Assembly: GCA_964458565.1 (NCBI GenBank)
Contig: CAYWJO010000049.1
Coordinates: 1 to 25,032, forward strand
Direction of reading: 5' to 3'
From: an uncultured archaeon
Lineage (GTDB): Archaea > Asgardarchaeota > Thorarchaeia > Thorarchaeales > Thorarchaeaceae
Length of the DNA: 25,032 nt
A program made the translations under genes and the position numbers. Positions 7,244-15,839 of this stretch are shown here, piece by piece (position 1 is the first letter of the stretch; every line of letters starts with the position of its first letter). Under the pieces are notes generated by a model. It was not told where the DNA came from. It searched no databases and saw only the letters and a list, made by a program, of their open reading frames with translations.

Positions 7244-7324
7244 ATGAACAAGAGATTCGCTAACGAGATCAACCGGTTTGCTGATGCGATACGAGCAATA
7301 GGTCCGAATCCGATCAGGCTTTAG
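7244..7324 (+). pseudogene. Second copy of the mvhD 3' end (26-codon mini-ORF)
   Basis: MNKRFANEINRFADAIRAIGPNPIRL*; 18 of the last 22 aa are identical to MvhD. Confidence 0.9.
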
Positions 7325-7327
7325 TTG

Positions 7328-7762
7328 TCAGAGGTGCTTCTTCATCGCATATGCTCGTACTTCGAATCCCATTTTATCATACAGACGTTTTGCCTCAATG
7401 GCTTTAGCAGGACAGTGAAGAAGTACGTAGTCAACGTTCTCTTCTTTGAGGATTTCAAGTAGTCTATCAAGCAGATCTTTACCAATGCCTTGACTTCGAA
7501 ATGAAGGATCAACAACCAAGAGTTCGATCTGAGCCACTTTGGATGCGTCCCATCTTCTTAAGACCTCACCAGGGACCTCTCGTAGATATGCAAAGACAAA
7601 CCCAATAACTCTGCCACCATCCTCTGCTATTAAAAGGCCTCTGGTGAACGACCAAGCTGGTTGAAAATCTGCTTCAGAAACTTCTGAATCAAACGAAGCG
7701 TATCTATTCGCAAGAGTAAGGATGTGTTTGATGTCTTGAGGTTTGAAGGCACGTATATCCAT
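7328..7762 (-). CDS. GNAT family N-acetyltransferase
   Basis: LVVDPSFRSQGIGKDLL acetyl-CoA motif and AKRLYDKMGF. Start reassigned to ATG 7762 (AGGAG SD). Confidence 0.9.
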   Translation of the reverse strand: MDIRAFKPQDIKHILTLANRYASFDSEVSEADFQPAWSFTRGLLIAEDGGRVIGFVFAYLREVPGEVLRRWDASKVAQIELLVVDPSFRSQGIGKDLLDRLLEILKEENVDYVLLHCPAKAIEAKRLYDKMGFEVRAYAMKKHL

Positions 7763-7869
7763 AGTCGCAACTCCTGTAAACCTACAAACGTGTCCTCTGT
7801 AATAATCTAATTCATCCCTATGATGTCCGTACCAAAAACAACCCGCACCTAATTCGAAGGTAACATCAC

Positions 7870-8379
7870 TCAACCTGTGCTATTTGTAGTTATTCTTTCA
7901 TGAGCCTTCTCAAGTGCCACAATCACGTCTGGTTCATTTGGATATATCTTCAGGTATGCTGAAGAAAGGGTTTCCACTTTCTCCCAATCTTCTAATTCAA
8001 TATGGCAGCAGATTGCATAATAGAACGCACTCTGATAGTCTGGTACTTGATCAAGAATTTCTGTGAATATATCAAGTCCCTCAAGCCACTCACCCTCATC
8101 GTATTTTCTTACCCCCTCTCCAAGCCTTCTCCCGACACGATTTCCAAATACCCAGGAGCTATATCCCATTGCACCAAGAGCAACTAATACCAAATCATGG
8201 ACAAGCCCCACGCAGAAACCAACGAAAAAGGCTATTGGAATTTCACTATTGGCGAATCCAATAACGGCAAGTAGTGCAGCACCTATCCCCCAGATAATAG
8301 GTCGATAAACTATCTCTATTAACACTCGTAATCGAGTGGGTCTTTCCAGTTTCGACATTACATATCGAATGCAGTTCAT
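7870..8379 (-). CDS. Membrane protein with C-terminal TPR repeats
   Basis: Two N-terminal TM helices, then a TPR-like pattern (LxEGxxxYxxGxWxExLxxFxxILxxxP). Confidence 0.65.
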   Translation of the reverse strand: MNCIRYVMSKLERPTRLRVLIEIVYRPIIWGIGAALLAVIGFANSEIPIAFFVGFCVGLVHDLVLVALGAMGYSSWVFGNRVGRRLGEGVRKYDEGEWLEGLDIFTEILDQVPDYQSAFYYAICCHIELEDWEKVETLSSAYLKIYPNEPDVIVALEKAHERITTNSTG

Positions 8380-8481
8380 AATCCCTCACTTAATAGATGT
8401 CCCATGCGAGTAATTTCTGACGATATGTTTTCAAAACATTCTGGCTATCGAATCAAAGGCAAATCAGCTCTACCATAAACC

Positions 8482-8499
8482 TATTAACAATAGTTAATA
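8482..8499. promoter_or_regulatory. Palindromic operator upstream of the iron permease
   Basis: TATTAAC-AATA-GTTAATA about 25 bp before the start codon. Confidence 0.45.
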
Positions 8500-8523
8500 T
8501 ATTTAATTCTGAAGTGGGTCCTG

Positions 8524-9408
8524 ATGATAGTTACACCGACCATTGTATCATTGAGAGAGGGAGTCGAAATTGCCCTCATTTTAGCTATCATGCTATCTTA
8601 TCTACGGGGCACAAAACAACCCGAACTGAAGAGATACATCTATGGGGGTGCTCTGCTTGCAATCGTATCTAGTATCACAGTTGCATTCATATTAGGTGCA
8701 GTATGGGGAATATTCGAAGGTCCCGCCCTAGCATTGTTTGAAGGGTCAGTAATACTTGTTGCAGCCTTTCTTCTAACAACAATGGTTCTCTGGATGTGGC
8801 AGACCGGATCTGGCATAGCATCAGAGATTGAGGAATCCATGGCAGAGCAGGCGCTCGTAAAGAGTGGAGTAGGTCTCTTACTTCTAAGTTTCGCTCTTAT
8901 TTTGCGTGAAGGTGTCGAATTAGTCTTATTCACAACTGCATTAGTGATACAAGAAGGTGCAATCACATACCTAGGAGTTGCTCTTGGTCTGTCAATTGCT
9001 CTTGCTCTTGGTGTATTGATGTATTTAGGTTCTGTAAGAATTAGTATGAAAAAATTGTTCAATTGGACATCCGTGTTACTTGTATTATTTGCCGCAGGTA
9101 TGGTTGCTTATGGTATACACGAATTACAAGAGGCCGGATTGCTTCTATTTGGTCCTCTCGAGTTATGGAACATAAATCCTCCATTACTACCTGACGGAAG
9201 TTATCCATTATTACATGAGAATGGATTGATTGGTGGTTTGGCCAAGAGTCTGCTTGGATATAACGGAAACCCTTCAGCTCTTGAAATCATTGGTTACTTA
9301 GCATACCTGACAATCGTTTCTCTGTATTATTATTGGCATCAAATAAAAGCCGGTTCGTCATTCGAAACCACCAAAATGGAGAAGTCCAGTTCTATCCAGA
9401 CGGTATAG
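8524..9408 (+). CDS. FTR1/EfeU family iron permease
   Basis: Two REGVE (RExxE) motifs, GIHELQEAG, about 7 TM helices. Confidence 0.92.
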   Translation: MIVTPTIVSLREGVEIALILAIMLSYLRGTKQPELKRYIYGGALLAIVSSITVAFILGAVWGIFEGPALALFEGSVILVAAFLLTTMVLWMWQTGSGIASEIEESMAEQALVKSGVGLLLLSFALILREGVELVLFTTALVIQEGAITYLGVALGLSIALALGVLMYLGSVRISMKKLFNWTSVLLVLFAAGMVAYGIHELQEAGLLLFGPLELWNINPPLLPDGSYPLLHENGLIGGLAKSLLGYNGNPSALEIIGYLAYLTIVSLYYYWHQIKAGSSFETTKMEKSSSIQTV

Positions 9409-9425
9409 AAGATCGATTTTACTAA

Positions 9426-9451
9426 GTGGGGATTTCCTGTTTTTTCCCCAC
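9426..9451 (+). terminator. Hairpin downstream of FTR1
   Basis: GTGGGGA...TCCCCAC stem with a T-rich loop. Confidence 0.35.
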
Positions 9452-9563
9452 AAATTTCTCAATTTGTGCATAATGTGATACATTTAAGATAAAATCCCGT
9501 GTATTCAGACTTGTATCAGAAAAGTAATTGGCGAAATGTCGCCTATTCGGGGGATGATATACA

Positions 9564-10382
9564 TTGACAAAAAATAACAGACCACGTCAAACCCTAAAGG
9601 AAAGAGTACGACGATTATACAATGATAATAACTTATGTCAAATCGCATTTGATGCTCTAGAAGATGATATTGAAGTTCAGACACTGTTGGAAGATTCCAA
9701 TCGAATGGCTATTGATAGAATGGGATACTCTGATCATGGACACACACACTCACTCATAGTTTCAATGAATGGCACTAAACTTCTGAAAATGCTAAGCGAA
9801 GGTATTCAACCATCTGTTGTTCAAGAAGGAACTGGCACTTTGGAAGACGCCGAACTGATTGTTCTGCTTGGCTGCTATATGCATGATATTGGAATGGTTG
9901 TCGCTCGATATAATCATGATATCTTCACTGTGATGCTCATCAATCCTATACTTACCAAGATCCTTGAGAAAGTATACCCTGGCGATCTTAAAAAACAAGT
10001 CCATATTCGAACTCACATTCTCCATGCAATCTATTGCCATGACATAGCTGCAGTCCCACTTACAGTCGAGGCTGGTGTTGTTGGAATTGCAGATGCATTA
10101 GATATGACAAAAGGACGCGCAAGAATACCGTTTGAAGCTGGAAGTGTCAATATCCACTCTGCATCAGCAATGGCAATTGAGAAGGTCAATATACGAAAGG
10201 GCACTGATAAAACCGTCAGAATTGAAGTGATAATGAATAACGTATCAGGCATCTTTCAGATACAAGAGCTTCTTGAAAAGAAGATACGAAATGCACCAGG
10301 TCTCATTGAACATATTGAACTATATGCTGTAATGGCTCCGATATCCGATAAGATTCTAGAAGAGGAGTTACGAGTTCTCTAA
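9564..10382 (+). CDS. HD-domain metal-dependent phosphohydrolase (COG3294-like)
   Basis: MGYSDHGHTH, YMHDIG, HAIYCHD, ADALDMTKGRAR and NIHSASA motifs. Confidence 0.9.
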   Translation: MTKNNRPRQTLKERVRRLYNDNNLCQIAFDALEDDIEVQTLLEDSNRMAIDRMGYSDHGHTHSLIVSMNGTKLLKMLSEGIQPSVVQEGTGTLEDAELIVLLGCYMHDIGMVVARYNHDIFTVMLINPILTKILEKVYPGDLKKQVHIRTHILHAIYCHDIAAVPLTVEAGVVGIADALDMTKGRARIPFEAGSVNIHSASAMAIEKVNIRKGTDKTVRIEVIMNNVSGIFQIQELLEKKIRNAPGLIEHIELYAVMAPISDKILEEELRVL

Positions 10383-10522
10383 TTAAATGTAGATAATCAA
10401 TCAACAACATGACGATTTCAGTCGTTGATGGTAAGGATTTCGTTCATTAACGAAGTCTTATATGCAACTAATCGAGCAACGAGCCAGACACAACTCAAAG
10501 GGTTGTACCCCATGTTGGTGCA

Positions 10523-10957
10523 ATGTCAATGGCTCTTGATAAGATTGATGAACAGATTATCCGAATGCTACAGGATGATGGACGATGTTCCTACTCCGAG
10601 ATAGCTGAAACCGTTGGTCGCACAGAAGTAACTATCAGACGTAGAGTACGTCGGCTCATGAATCAGGGAGTAATCAAACGTTTTACTGTTGTTTTAGACC
10701 CTCTCAAAATGGGTCGGAATATCCGTGCGATGATCCGTGTGAAGACAATGATGAAAGAGGCTACGGACATTGCCAATAGCGTTCGAAAATATGACGAAGT
10801 CAGTGAAGCCTATTTCCTTGATGGGGCATGTGGACTTATGTTAAAAGTCACCGTCAAAGATTTGAACGAACTAAGGCAATTCTTAGAAAAGAAACTTGGC
10901 AATCTTCCTGAAGTAGAGACCTGCATTGTGCTTGAGGATATCAAGACACCCTTTTAG
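10523..10957 (+). CDS. Lrp/AsnC family transcriptional regulator
   Basis: LDKIDEQIIRMLQDDGR.SYSEIAE HTH, GVIKRFT and a C-terminal RAM domain. Confidence 0.93.
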   Translation: MSMALDKIDEQIIRMLQDDGRCSYSEIAETVGRTEVTIRRRVRRLMNQGVIKRFTVVLDPLKMGRNIRAMIRVKTMMKEATDIANSVRKYDEVSEAYFLDGACGLMLKVTVKDLNELRQFLEKKLGNLPEVETCIVLEDIKTPF

Positions 10958-10963
10958 GATGAG

Positions 10964-11386
10964 TTGAACTATTTGAGCTACAAGCTCCATATTTCCATAG
11001 CAGACATTGAATCTTTGGTGAAACATGCAGATTTGGGGTTCCCTCGAGAATCTGTTGCGCTATTATTTGGAACCATAGACCGATTTGATTATACGGTATC
11101 TACTGTTCACTGTATATCTAATGAAGCTGATTCTAGAACTACTTTCTCAGTCAATCCTGAAGAACAGTACATCTTGATGATGGAGGCTGAGTCACTTGGG
11201 CTTGAGTTGGTGGGTATATTCCATTCACATCCTGCGTCTATGTATCCTTCCAGTACTGATATGAAAAATATGCGACTTAATCCCGTTGTGTGGATGATTG
11301 CATCAAAGGAATCAGCCTCTTGGGAATATGCTGCATACTTACTCCTTGACGAAAACCTGATTGCAGTTCAGATTTCTGAAAAATGA
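10964..11386 (+). CDS. JAMM/MPN+ (Mov34, M67) metalloprotease
   Basis: PRESVALL (catalytic Glu) and GIFHSHP...PSSTD (HxH-x7-S-x2-D). Confidence 0.9.
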   Translation: MNYLSYKLHISIADIESLVKHADLGFPRESVALLFGTIDRFDYTVSTVHCISNEADSRTTFSVNPEEQYILMMEAESLGLELVGIFHSHPASMYPSSTDMKNMRLNPVVWMIASKESASWEYAAYLLLDENLIAVQISEK

Positions 11387-11387
11387 C

Positions 11388-11693
11388 TCATTTCTTAGCT
11401 CCTTTTATAGTTCCTGATGTTCTTAGAGGTTGGAATGATATCATTTCCCCATTGATTGATTCTATCAAAACGGCTGCCGCAAGGACTTGTTCTACTGTAT
11501 CCGATGTACAATGTAATATTCCTATTCCACTATTGGTGTCAAACTCATTAATGTAGAATCTTGAATCGGCTACTATAACTTCTCCATAGATTGAAAGTAA
11601 AGACTTTCTGAAAGCATATGACAGGTCTTTTTCATCTACTAAATCATTGGAATGCAGTTGGAATCTGACATACCTTCTTCGATAGTCCCTCAT
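11388..11693 (-). CDS. rnp2: RNase P protein Pop5
   Basis: RRRYVRF N-terminus, YGE and RTSGTIK C-terminus; operon context. Confidence 0.9.
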   Translation of the reverse strand: MRDYRRRYVRFQLHSNDLVDEKDLSYAFRKSLLSIYGEVIVADSRFYINEFDTNSGIGILHCTSDTVEQVLAAAVLIESINGEMISFQPLRTSGTIKGAKK

Positions 11694-12397
11694 GTTTCTT
11701 TTTCCCCCTCTAAAATCTCAATACCCTCAACAATGTATTTCCTATCCAGCTTTTCCTTATTCTTAGATATTATACTGGACGGAATATCTCTAACACTTCT
11801 TTTCGCATCAAGCATATCCATACCAAGCAGATACCCAATATACTGCATAGCTCTGGGGGATCGCATTGCTAATGGAATATCTGCATGACTTGACAAAACA
11901 ATAGGCATTCCTGCGGAGGATGCAGTTGCAACCGATTCTCGAAATGCTTTCAATATCCTTGCTCTTGCCATACCATTTGTTACGAGGAGTGGTCGAATTG
12001 GTATCTCTAATGCAGTATCCGCAGATGCAGCAAGTTTGGCCGTTGTTTTCCTTAGCTTGTATTCTGTATATGGTTCGACTAGTGTGAGCAAATCAATTCT
12101 ATTTTCTTCAGCAGCCCAATTGGCTAGTGAAATATCTAGTAATGGTGATGAAACGAGAACGACATTGTACCTAATTTTCTTTATTTGATTTCTCATAGCC
12201 ATCTTATTCTTTCGATGAAGATCGTACCGCTGTAATAACACAAACCCATCATCTCTTCTCTGAATAGGATTGGATATAACTCCTTGAACTGCAAATCCAT
12301 GAAAACCGAGACGTTTTGCCATCTCTATGAACGAATCAAGTTCGTCTTCGGACTTCACATTGATATTAAGATCATACAGTTCTGATATGAGAATCAC
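11690..12397 (-). CDS. rnp3: RNase P protein Rpp30
   Basis: YDLNI, AKRLGF, ALEI and VLSSHA...MRSPR motifs. GTG start at 12397 overlaps the upstream stop (GTGA). Confidence 0.9.
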   Translation of the reverse strand: MILISELYDLNINVKSEDELDSFIEMAKRLGFHGFAVQGVISNPIQRRDDGFVLLQRYDLHRKNKMAMRNQIKKIRYNVVLVSSPLLDISLANWAAEENRIDLLTLVEPYTEYKLRKTTAKLAASADTALEIPIRPLLVTNGMARARILKAFRESVATASSAGMPIVLSSHADIPLAMRSPRAMQYIGYLLGMDMLDAKRSVRDIPSSIISKNKEKLDRKYIVEGIEILEGEKET

Positions 12398-12849
12398 ATC
12401 CCGTTTTCTTTCAGACAATCGATAATGTAAGTGATTGCGTCCTCTTGTATACATCTAGGATATTGTCTGATATGTATACTTACACTTATGGAGTCTGGTC
12501 CATCAGAAAGTTTGACTTCTTCAAGAAATGAAATTTGCTTGTCAATCCTGAGAAAGAGTGTGCATTGGTCATCTACACGTAGTTCAATGGTTCTCATGAT
12601 ATGTCTTTTATCAAAAGTCGAGAGTCTTTTGAAAATAGAGCTTAGTGTGGTTTCACAACCTTTCTTATTTTCAAGAGTTGCAGTGATTACAATGATAGGA
12701 ACTCCATGATGACTCTCTGTCCTCACTTCTTTTACTTTCAAACGATTTCTATATTCCTCTGGATATAGATTGACAAGTGCAGACCTAACCCGTTCTAGGA
12801 CCTCTGTCGCTCGAGAGTATGCTCTACTTTCGATTCGTGCAACAAACAC
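12394..12849 (-). CDS. COG1325 (DUF54) RNA-binding protein of the exosome/RNase P superoperon
   Basis: ATEVLERV, HHGVPI and LFLRIDKQ motifs; lies between rpl15e and rnp3. Confidence 0.85.
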   Translation of the reverse strand: MFVARIESRAYSRATEVLERVRSALVNLYPEEYRNRLKVKEVRTESHHGVPIIVITATLENKKGCETTLSSIFKRLSTFDKRHIMRTIELRVDDQCTLFLRIDKQISFLEEVKLSDGPDSISVSIHIRQYPRCIQEDAITYIIDCLKENGM

Positions 12850-12884
12850 AATCGATTCCTCTTTCGAGGTTCCCTTTTTGGTAG

Positions 12885-13466
12885 TTATTTCCCAAGATTA
12901 CCCTTGGCACCAAGGGAGGGTCTTATTTTTTCAGCACCTTTACCTTTCTTTCTAAGACCTCTACTTTTTTTGCCAGCTGATGTGAGTCCTCGATTCTCTC
13001 TGCCTTTCTGTGTCGAATCACATATCCATGAGATATTAGGATCATTGTAGATAACTGGATGATTGGGATCCACCATAATCACCTCAAACCAGACCCACTT
13101 ATTATCTGCGCCAACCCAGTATGAATTCAGGACTCGAAGGTTTGGAAATTTTCTTCCAGCCCTTTCTTCTGCAATCCATCTTCTGGATTTCTGAGGTGTA
13201 TACTTGGTTACACCCATACTTCGAGGCTTTCGACCCATTTTTGGTCTTGGTTTTTCACGGGGTCCTCTGCCAGTCTTTATCCTAGCTATGATATATCCTT
13301 GCTTTGCTTTGTATCCAAGCTCTCTGGCACGTCCAAGTCTAGTAGGACGCTCCAATGTGACAATACTTCCTTGTTTTCTCCAGATAATGAGTCTGTTTCT
13401 AACAATATCAGAACGTTCCTTCTGTTCTTCCAGCCATGCTTGATTCATATGTTTGTATGCTGACAT
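12885..13466 (-). CDS. rpl15e: 50S ribosomal protein eL15
   Basis: [37 protein letters not shown] and [13 protein letters not shown]. Confidence 0.98.
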   Translation of the reverse strand: MSAYKHMNQAWLEEQKERSDIVRNRLIIWRKQGSIVTLERPTRLGRARELGYKAKQGYIIARIKTGRGPREKPRPKMGRKPRSMGVTKYTPQKSRRWIAEERAGRKFPNLRVLNSYWVGADNKWVWFEVIMVDPNHPVIYNDPNISWICDSTQKGRENRGLTSAGKKSRGLRKKGKGAEKIRPSLGAKGNLGK

Positions 13467-13495
13467 ATTCTACCATTCCTTGTCGTTATTACTTC

Positions 13496-13557
13496 GCTTT
13501 GTTTGTGGTTCAGCCCTGAAGGCCACATCCCTGCGGACGTATCCGCCAATACAAAGG
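13496..13557 (-). ncRNA. eL15 ribosomal-protein leader (cis-regulatory RNA)
   Basis: The minus strand folds as a multi-stem junction: outer stem CTTTGT.TT.GG/CC.A.AACAAAG, hairpin GCGGA-TACG-TCCGC, and GGGATGTGGCC-TTCA-GGGCTGAACC. This resembles, from memory, the described archaeal eL15 leader and lies directly 5' of rpl15e. Confidence 0.65.
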
Positions 13558-13638
13558 AAATGGTGCTTTTCGTCAATCTGACGAGAACAACTTTCACCCG
13601 CTTAGGTTTCCTTAAAGGTGTGTCGATTTAGCTTAATA

Positions 13639-14550
13639 CTACCTTAATTCAGCTATCATTTTACTTGCTGTAAGTTCCCCAACTCGGTCTTGTGCTTCAG
13701 ATGTCGATGATGACAAGTGTGGTGTAGCAATCAATTTTGAATGCTTAACTAAATCCCAATTTGATGTGGGCTCTTCTTCGAAGACATCCAGAGCCGCTCC
13801 AGCTATGTCTCCAGCATTCAATGCTTTCAGAAGTGCGTTCTCATCTACAACACCACCTCTTGAAGTATTGATGAGAAATGCAGTCTTCTTCATCTCCTTG
13901 AGCTGGTTCTCTCCAATCATCCCTTTTGTTTGAGGTATAAGTGGAACATGCAAACTAATGTAATCTGAATTTTGTATCAGATACTGCAAATCTACTCTCT
14001 CGGCACCAAGTGTATGGCAAATCTCGTCAATATCAAGCACATCATATGCTAGCACTCTCATATCAAATGCTCTCACTCTCTTACATACTTCTTGCCCTAT
14101 CCTTCCAAATCCAATAATCCCAAGTGTCTTCTCCCAAAGCTCCGTGCCGCTGAGTTTCTTCTTTTCCCAGAGTTCATTTTTCATTAGACTATCTGCCTGA
14201 GCGATGTTTCGAGCGAGAGCAAACATGAGAGATATTACCATTTCAGCAACAGAAACCGTTGGTGCCTCGGGTGTATTCAGAACTTTTACCCCCTTAGCTT
14301 TAGCAGCCTCCTGGTCCACATTATCAAGACCAACTCCTGCTCTTACCACGACTTTCAGGATATCTGCTGCATCTATGACCTCTTTCGAAATCACTGAGGC
14401 ACTTCTGACGATGACACCATCAAATCCCTTAATCTGTTCTTCAAGTGGTCCGTCTGCATCTTTGTTACGAATCACTACTTCTATTCCTGCTTCTTTGATA
14501 CTTTTTACAGCCGACTCGGCAATAGGATCAGCGACAAGCACACGTGACAT
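13639..14550 (-). CDS. serA: D-isomer 2-hydroxyacid dehydrogenase, SerA-like (no ACT domain)
   Basis: RAGVGLDNVD, GIIGFGRIG, INTSRGGVVDE, LDVFEEEP and TPHL. Start reassigned to MSRVLVAD. Confidence 0.8.
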   Translation of the reverse strand: MSRVLVADPIAESAVKSIKEAGIEVVIRNKDADGPLEEQIKGFDGVIVRSASVISKEVIDAADILKVVVRAGVGLDNVDQEAAKAKGVKVLNTPEAPTVSVAEMVISLMFALARNIAQADSLMKNELWEKKKLSGTELWEKTLGIIGFGRIGQEVCKRVRAFDMRVLAYDVLDIDEICHTLGAERVDLQYLIQNSDYISLHVPLIPQTKGMIGENQLKEMKKTAFLINTSRGGVVDENALLKALNAGDIAGAALDVFEEEPTSNWDLVKHSKLIATPHLSSSTSEAQDRVGELTASKMIAELR

Positions 14551-14650
14551 AATAACAGTCTCCAATATTATTGAGCTCAGGCCTTTTGAGCTTAAACTTA
14601 AATCTGCGCATTCAACACTTTCATTAACCAGAACTAACCCTCCAAATATC

Positions 14651-15184
14651 ATGAAGAAGCTACTTAGAGGATCAACTTCCCTTGTTCCATGCCCTGCCAC
14701 ACTCCTGAGTGTCGCAGGACCTGATTATCCGAATATCATAACTCTATCATGGGTTGCCAATGTATGTAGTGATCCCCCGAGCGTAGCTGTGGGGATACGT
14801 ACACAGCGTCACAGTCACCAGCTCGTGAAAGAAGCAGGTGATTTCGTCCTGAATGTTCCATCATCTGAATTGATTGAGGCAACAAAGTTCTGTGGAAGCA
14901 AATCTGGTCGCGACCATGATAAATTCAAAGAATGTGATCTTACTGCTATTCCTGCAACGAAGATAAAATCTCCAATAATTAAGGAGTGTCCAATTAATTT
15001 AGAGTGTAAAACGTCAAAGGTTGTGAATGTTGGTGTTCATGACTTGTTCATTGCGGAAGTGGTTGCAGTACATATGGATGAGGCTATTTTGGATGAAAAA
15101 GGGCATCCAGATATATCAAAGCTAAAGCTTTTCACTTATCAGCCAATATCAGGGGAGTATTGGACCATAGGTGAGTTACTATAG
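14651..15184 (+). CDS. Flavin reductase family (flavoredoxin-like) protein
   Basis: NIITLSW, GDFVLNVP, CGSKSGRDHDKF, ECPINLEC and GVHDLFIAEV. Start at ATG 14651. Confidence 0.9.
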   Translation: MKKLLRGSTSLVPCPATLLSVAGPDYPNIITLSWVANVCSDPPSVAVGIRTQRHSHQLVKEAGDFVLNVPSSELIEATKFCGSKSGRDHDKFKECDLTAIPATKIKSPIIKECPINLECKTSKVVNVGVHDLFIAEVVAVHMDEAILDEKGHPDISKLKLFTYQPISGEYWTIGELL

Positions 15185-15191
15185 GGTTAGT

Positions 15192-15653
15192 TCATAGGGG
15201 GACTTCGACTTCAATCTCGAATTCATCATCGTCAAACAACTGAGTAGGTTGTACCTGAATTACAGATCCATCTGGCGAGGCATCGACTACTACCCAACTG
15301 CCCGGTGGAACATGTGATTCTCTAAGAAAGATGTCATACGCACCCCTATTGCGATATTCAACTATCACCGGATTATACCCTAGTATTTTGAATAGACCAC
15401 AGGCATCTTTAGCATTTCCAATCGAATCCAATCTGGCAAGGATTGGTACCCATTCACTATCGATATCATCGAGCCCTCCTGTTGCAATACCCACCCACTT
15501 GAGAAGTGGCCAGGCTGTCGGTGGTGGCATCTCATTTCGTTCGAGAACAAAATATTCGCAGTCTTCACTTTTGTATATAGTTGGAAAGGCACCTTGTCTT
15601 GCTAATTTCTTGCCTTCGATTTTTGCCTGTGTCAATGTTTCATAGACTAGCAT
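15192..15653 (-). CDS. Hypothetical protein with two internal repeats
   Basis: Fits the intergenic gap; two ~50-aa units share AK..G..P.I..Y..PP..W. Confidence 0.65.
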   Translation of the reverse strand: MLVYETLTQAKIEGKKLARQGAFPTIYKSEDCEYFVLERNEMPPPTAWPLLKWVGIATGGLDDIDSEWVPILARLDSIGNAKDACGLFKILGYNPVIVEYRNRGAYDIFLRESHVPPGSWVVVDASPDGSVIQVQPTQLFDDDEFEIEVEVPL

Positions 15654-15839
15654 CTAATCACCATGGAATCTTGTTTCTTTCAATACTATATACAATATAC
15701 AGTCGGTTGAATTCTATAGAATCATTAGGAGTTGTTTTGATGCGATTTTACGTCTTCATGACGTCATTCGCCAGAAGCTTTACACATTTTTCCAATACGG
15801 GTTTATTAGGTCTCAAATCGAAGAGTATTGTTTGAAGAA

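Noticed and set aside
9425-9434. AGTGGGGATT shared with 231-240, and similar to the 3619 hairpin
   Set aside because: A 10-bp match with unrelated flanks is compatible with chance.
14204-14700. Long overlapping N-terminal extensions of the dehydrogenase and flavin reductase ORFs
   Set aside because: Each extension is antisense to the other gene. Starts at 14550 and 14651 give normal domains and a 100-bp divergent promoter.
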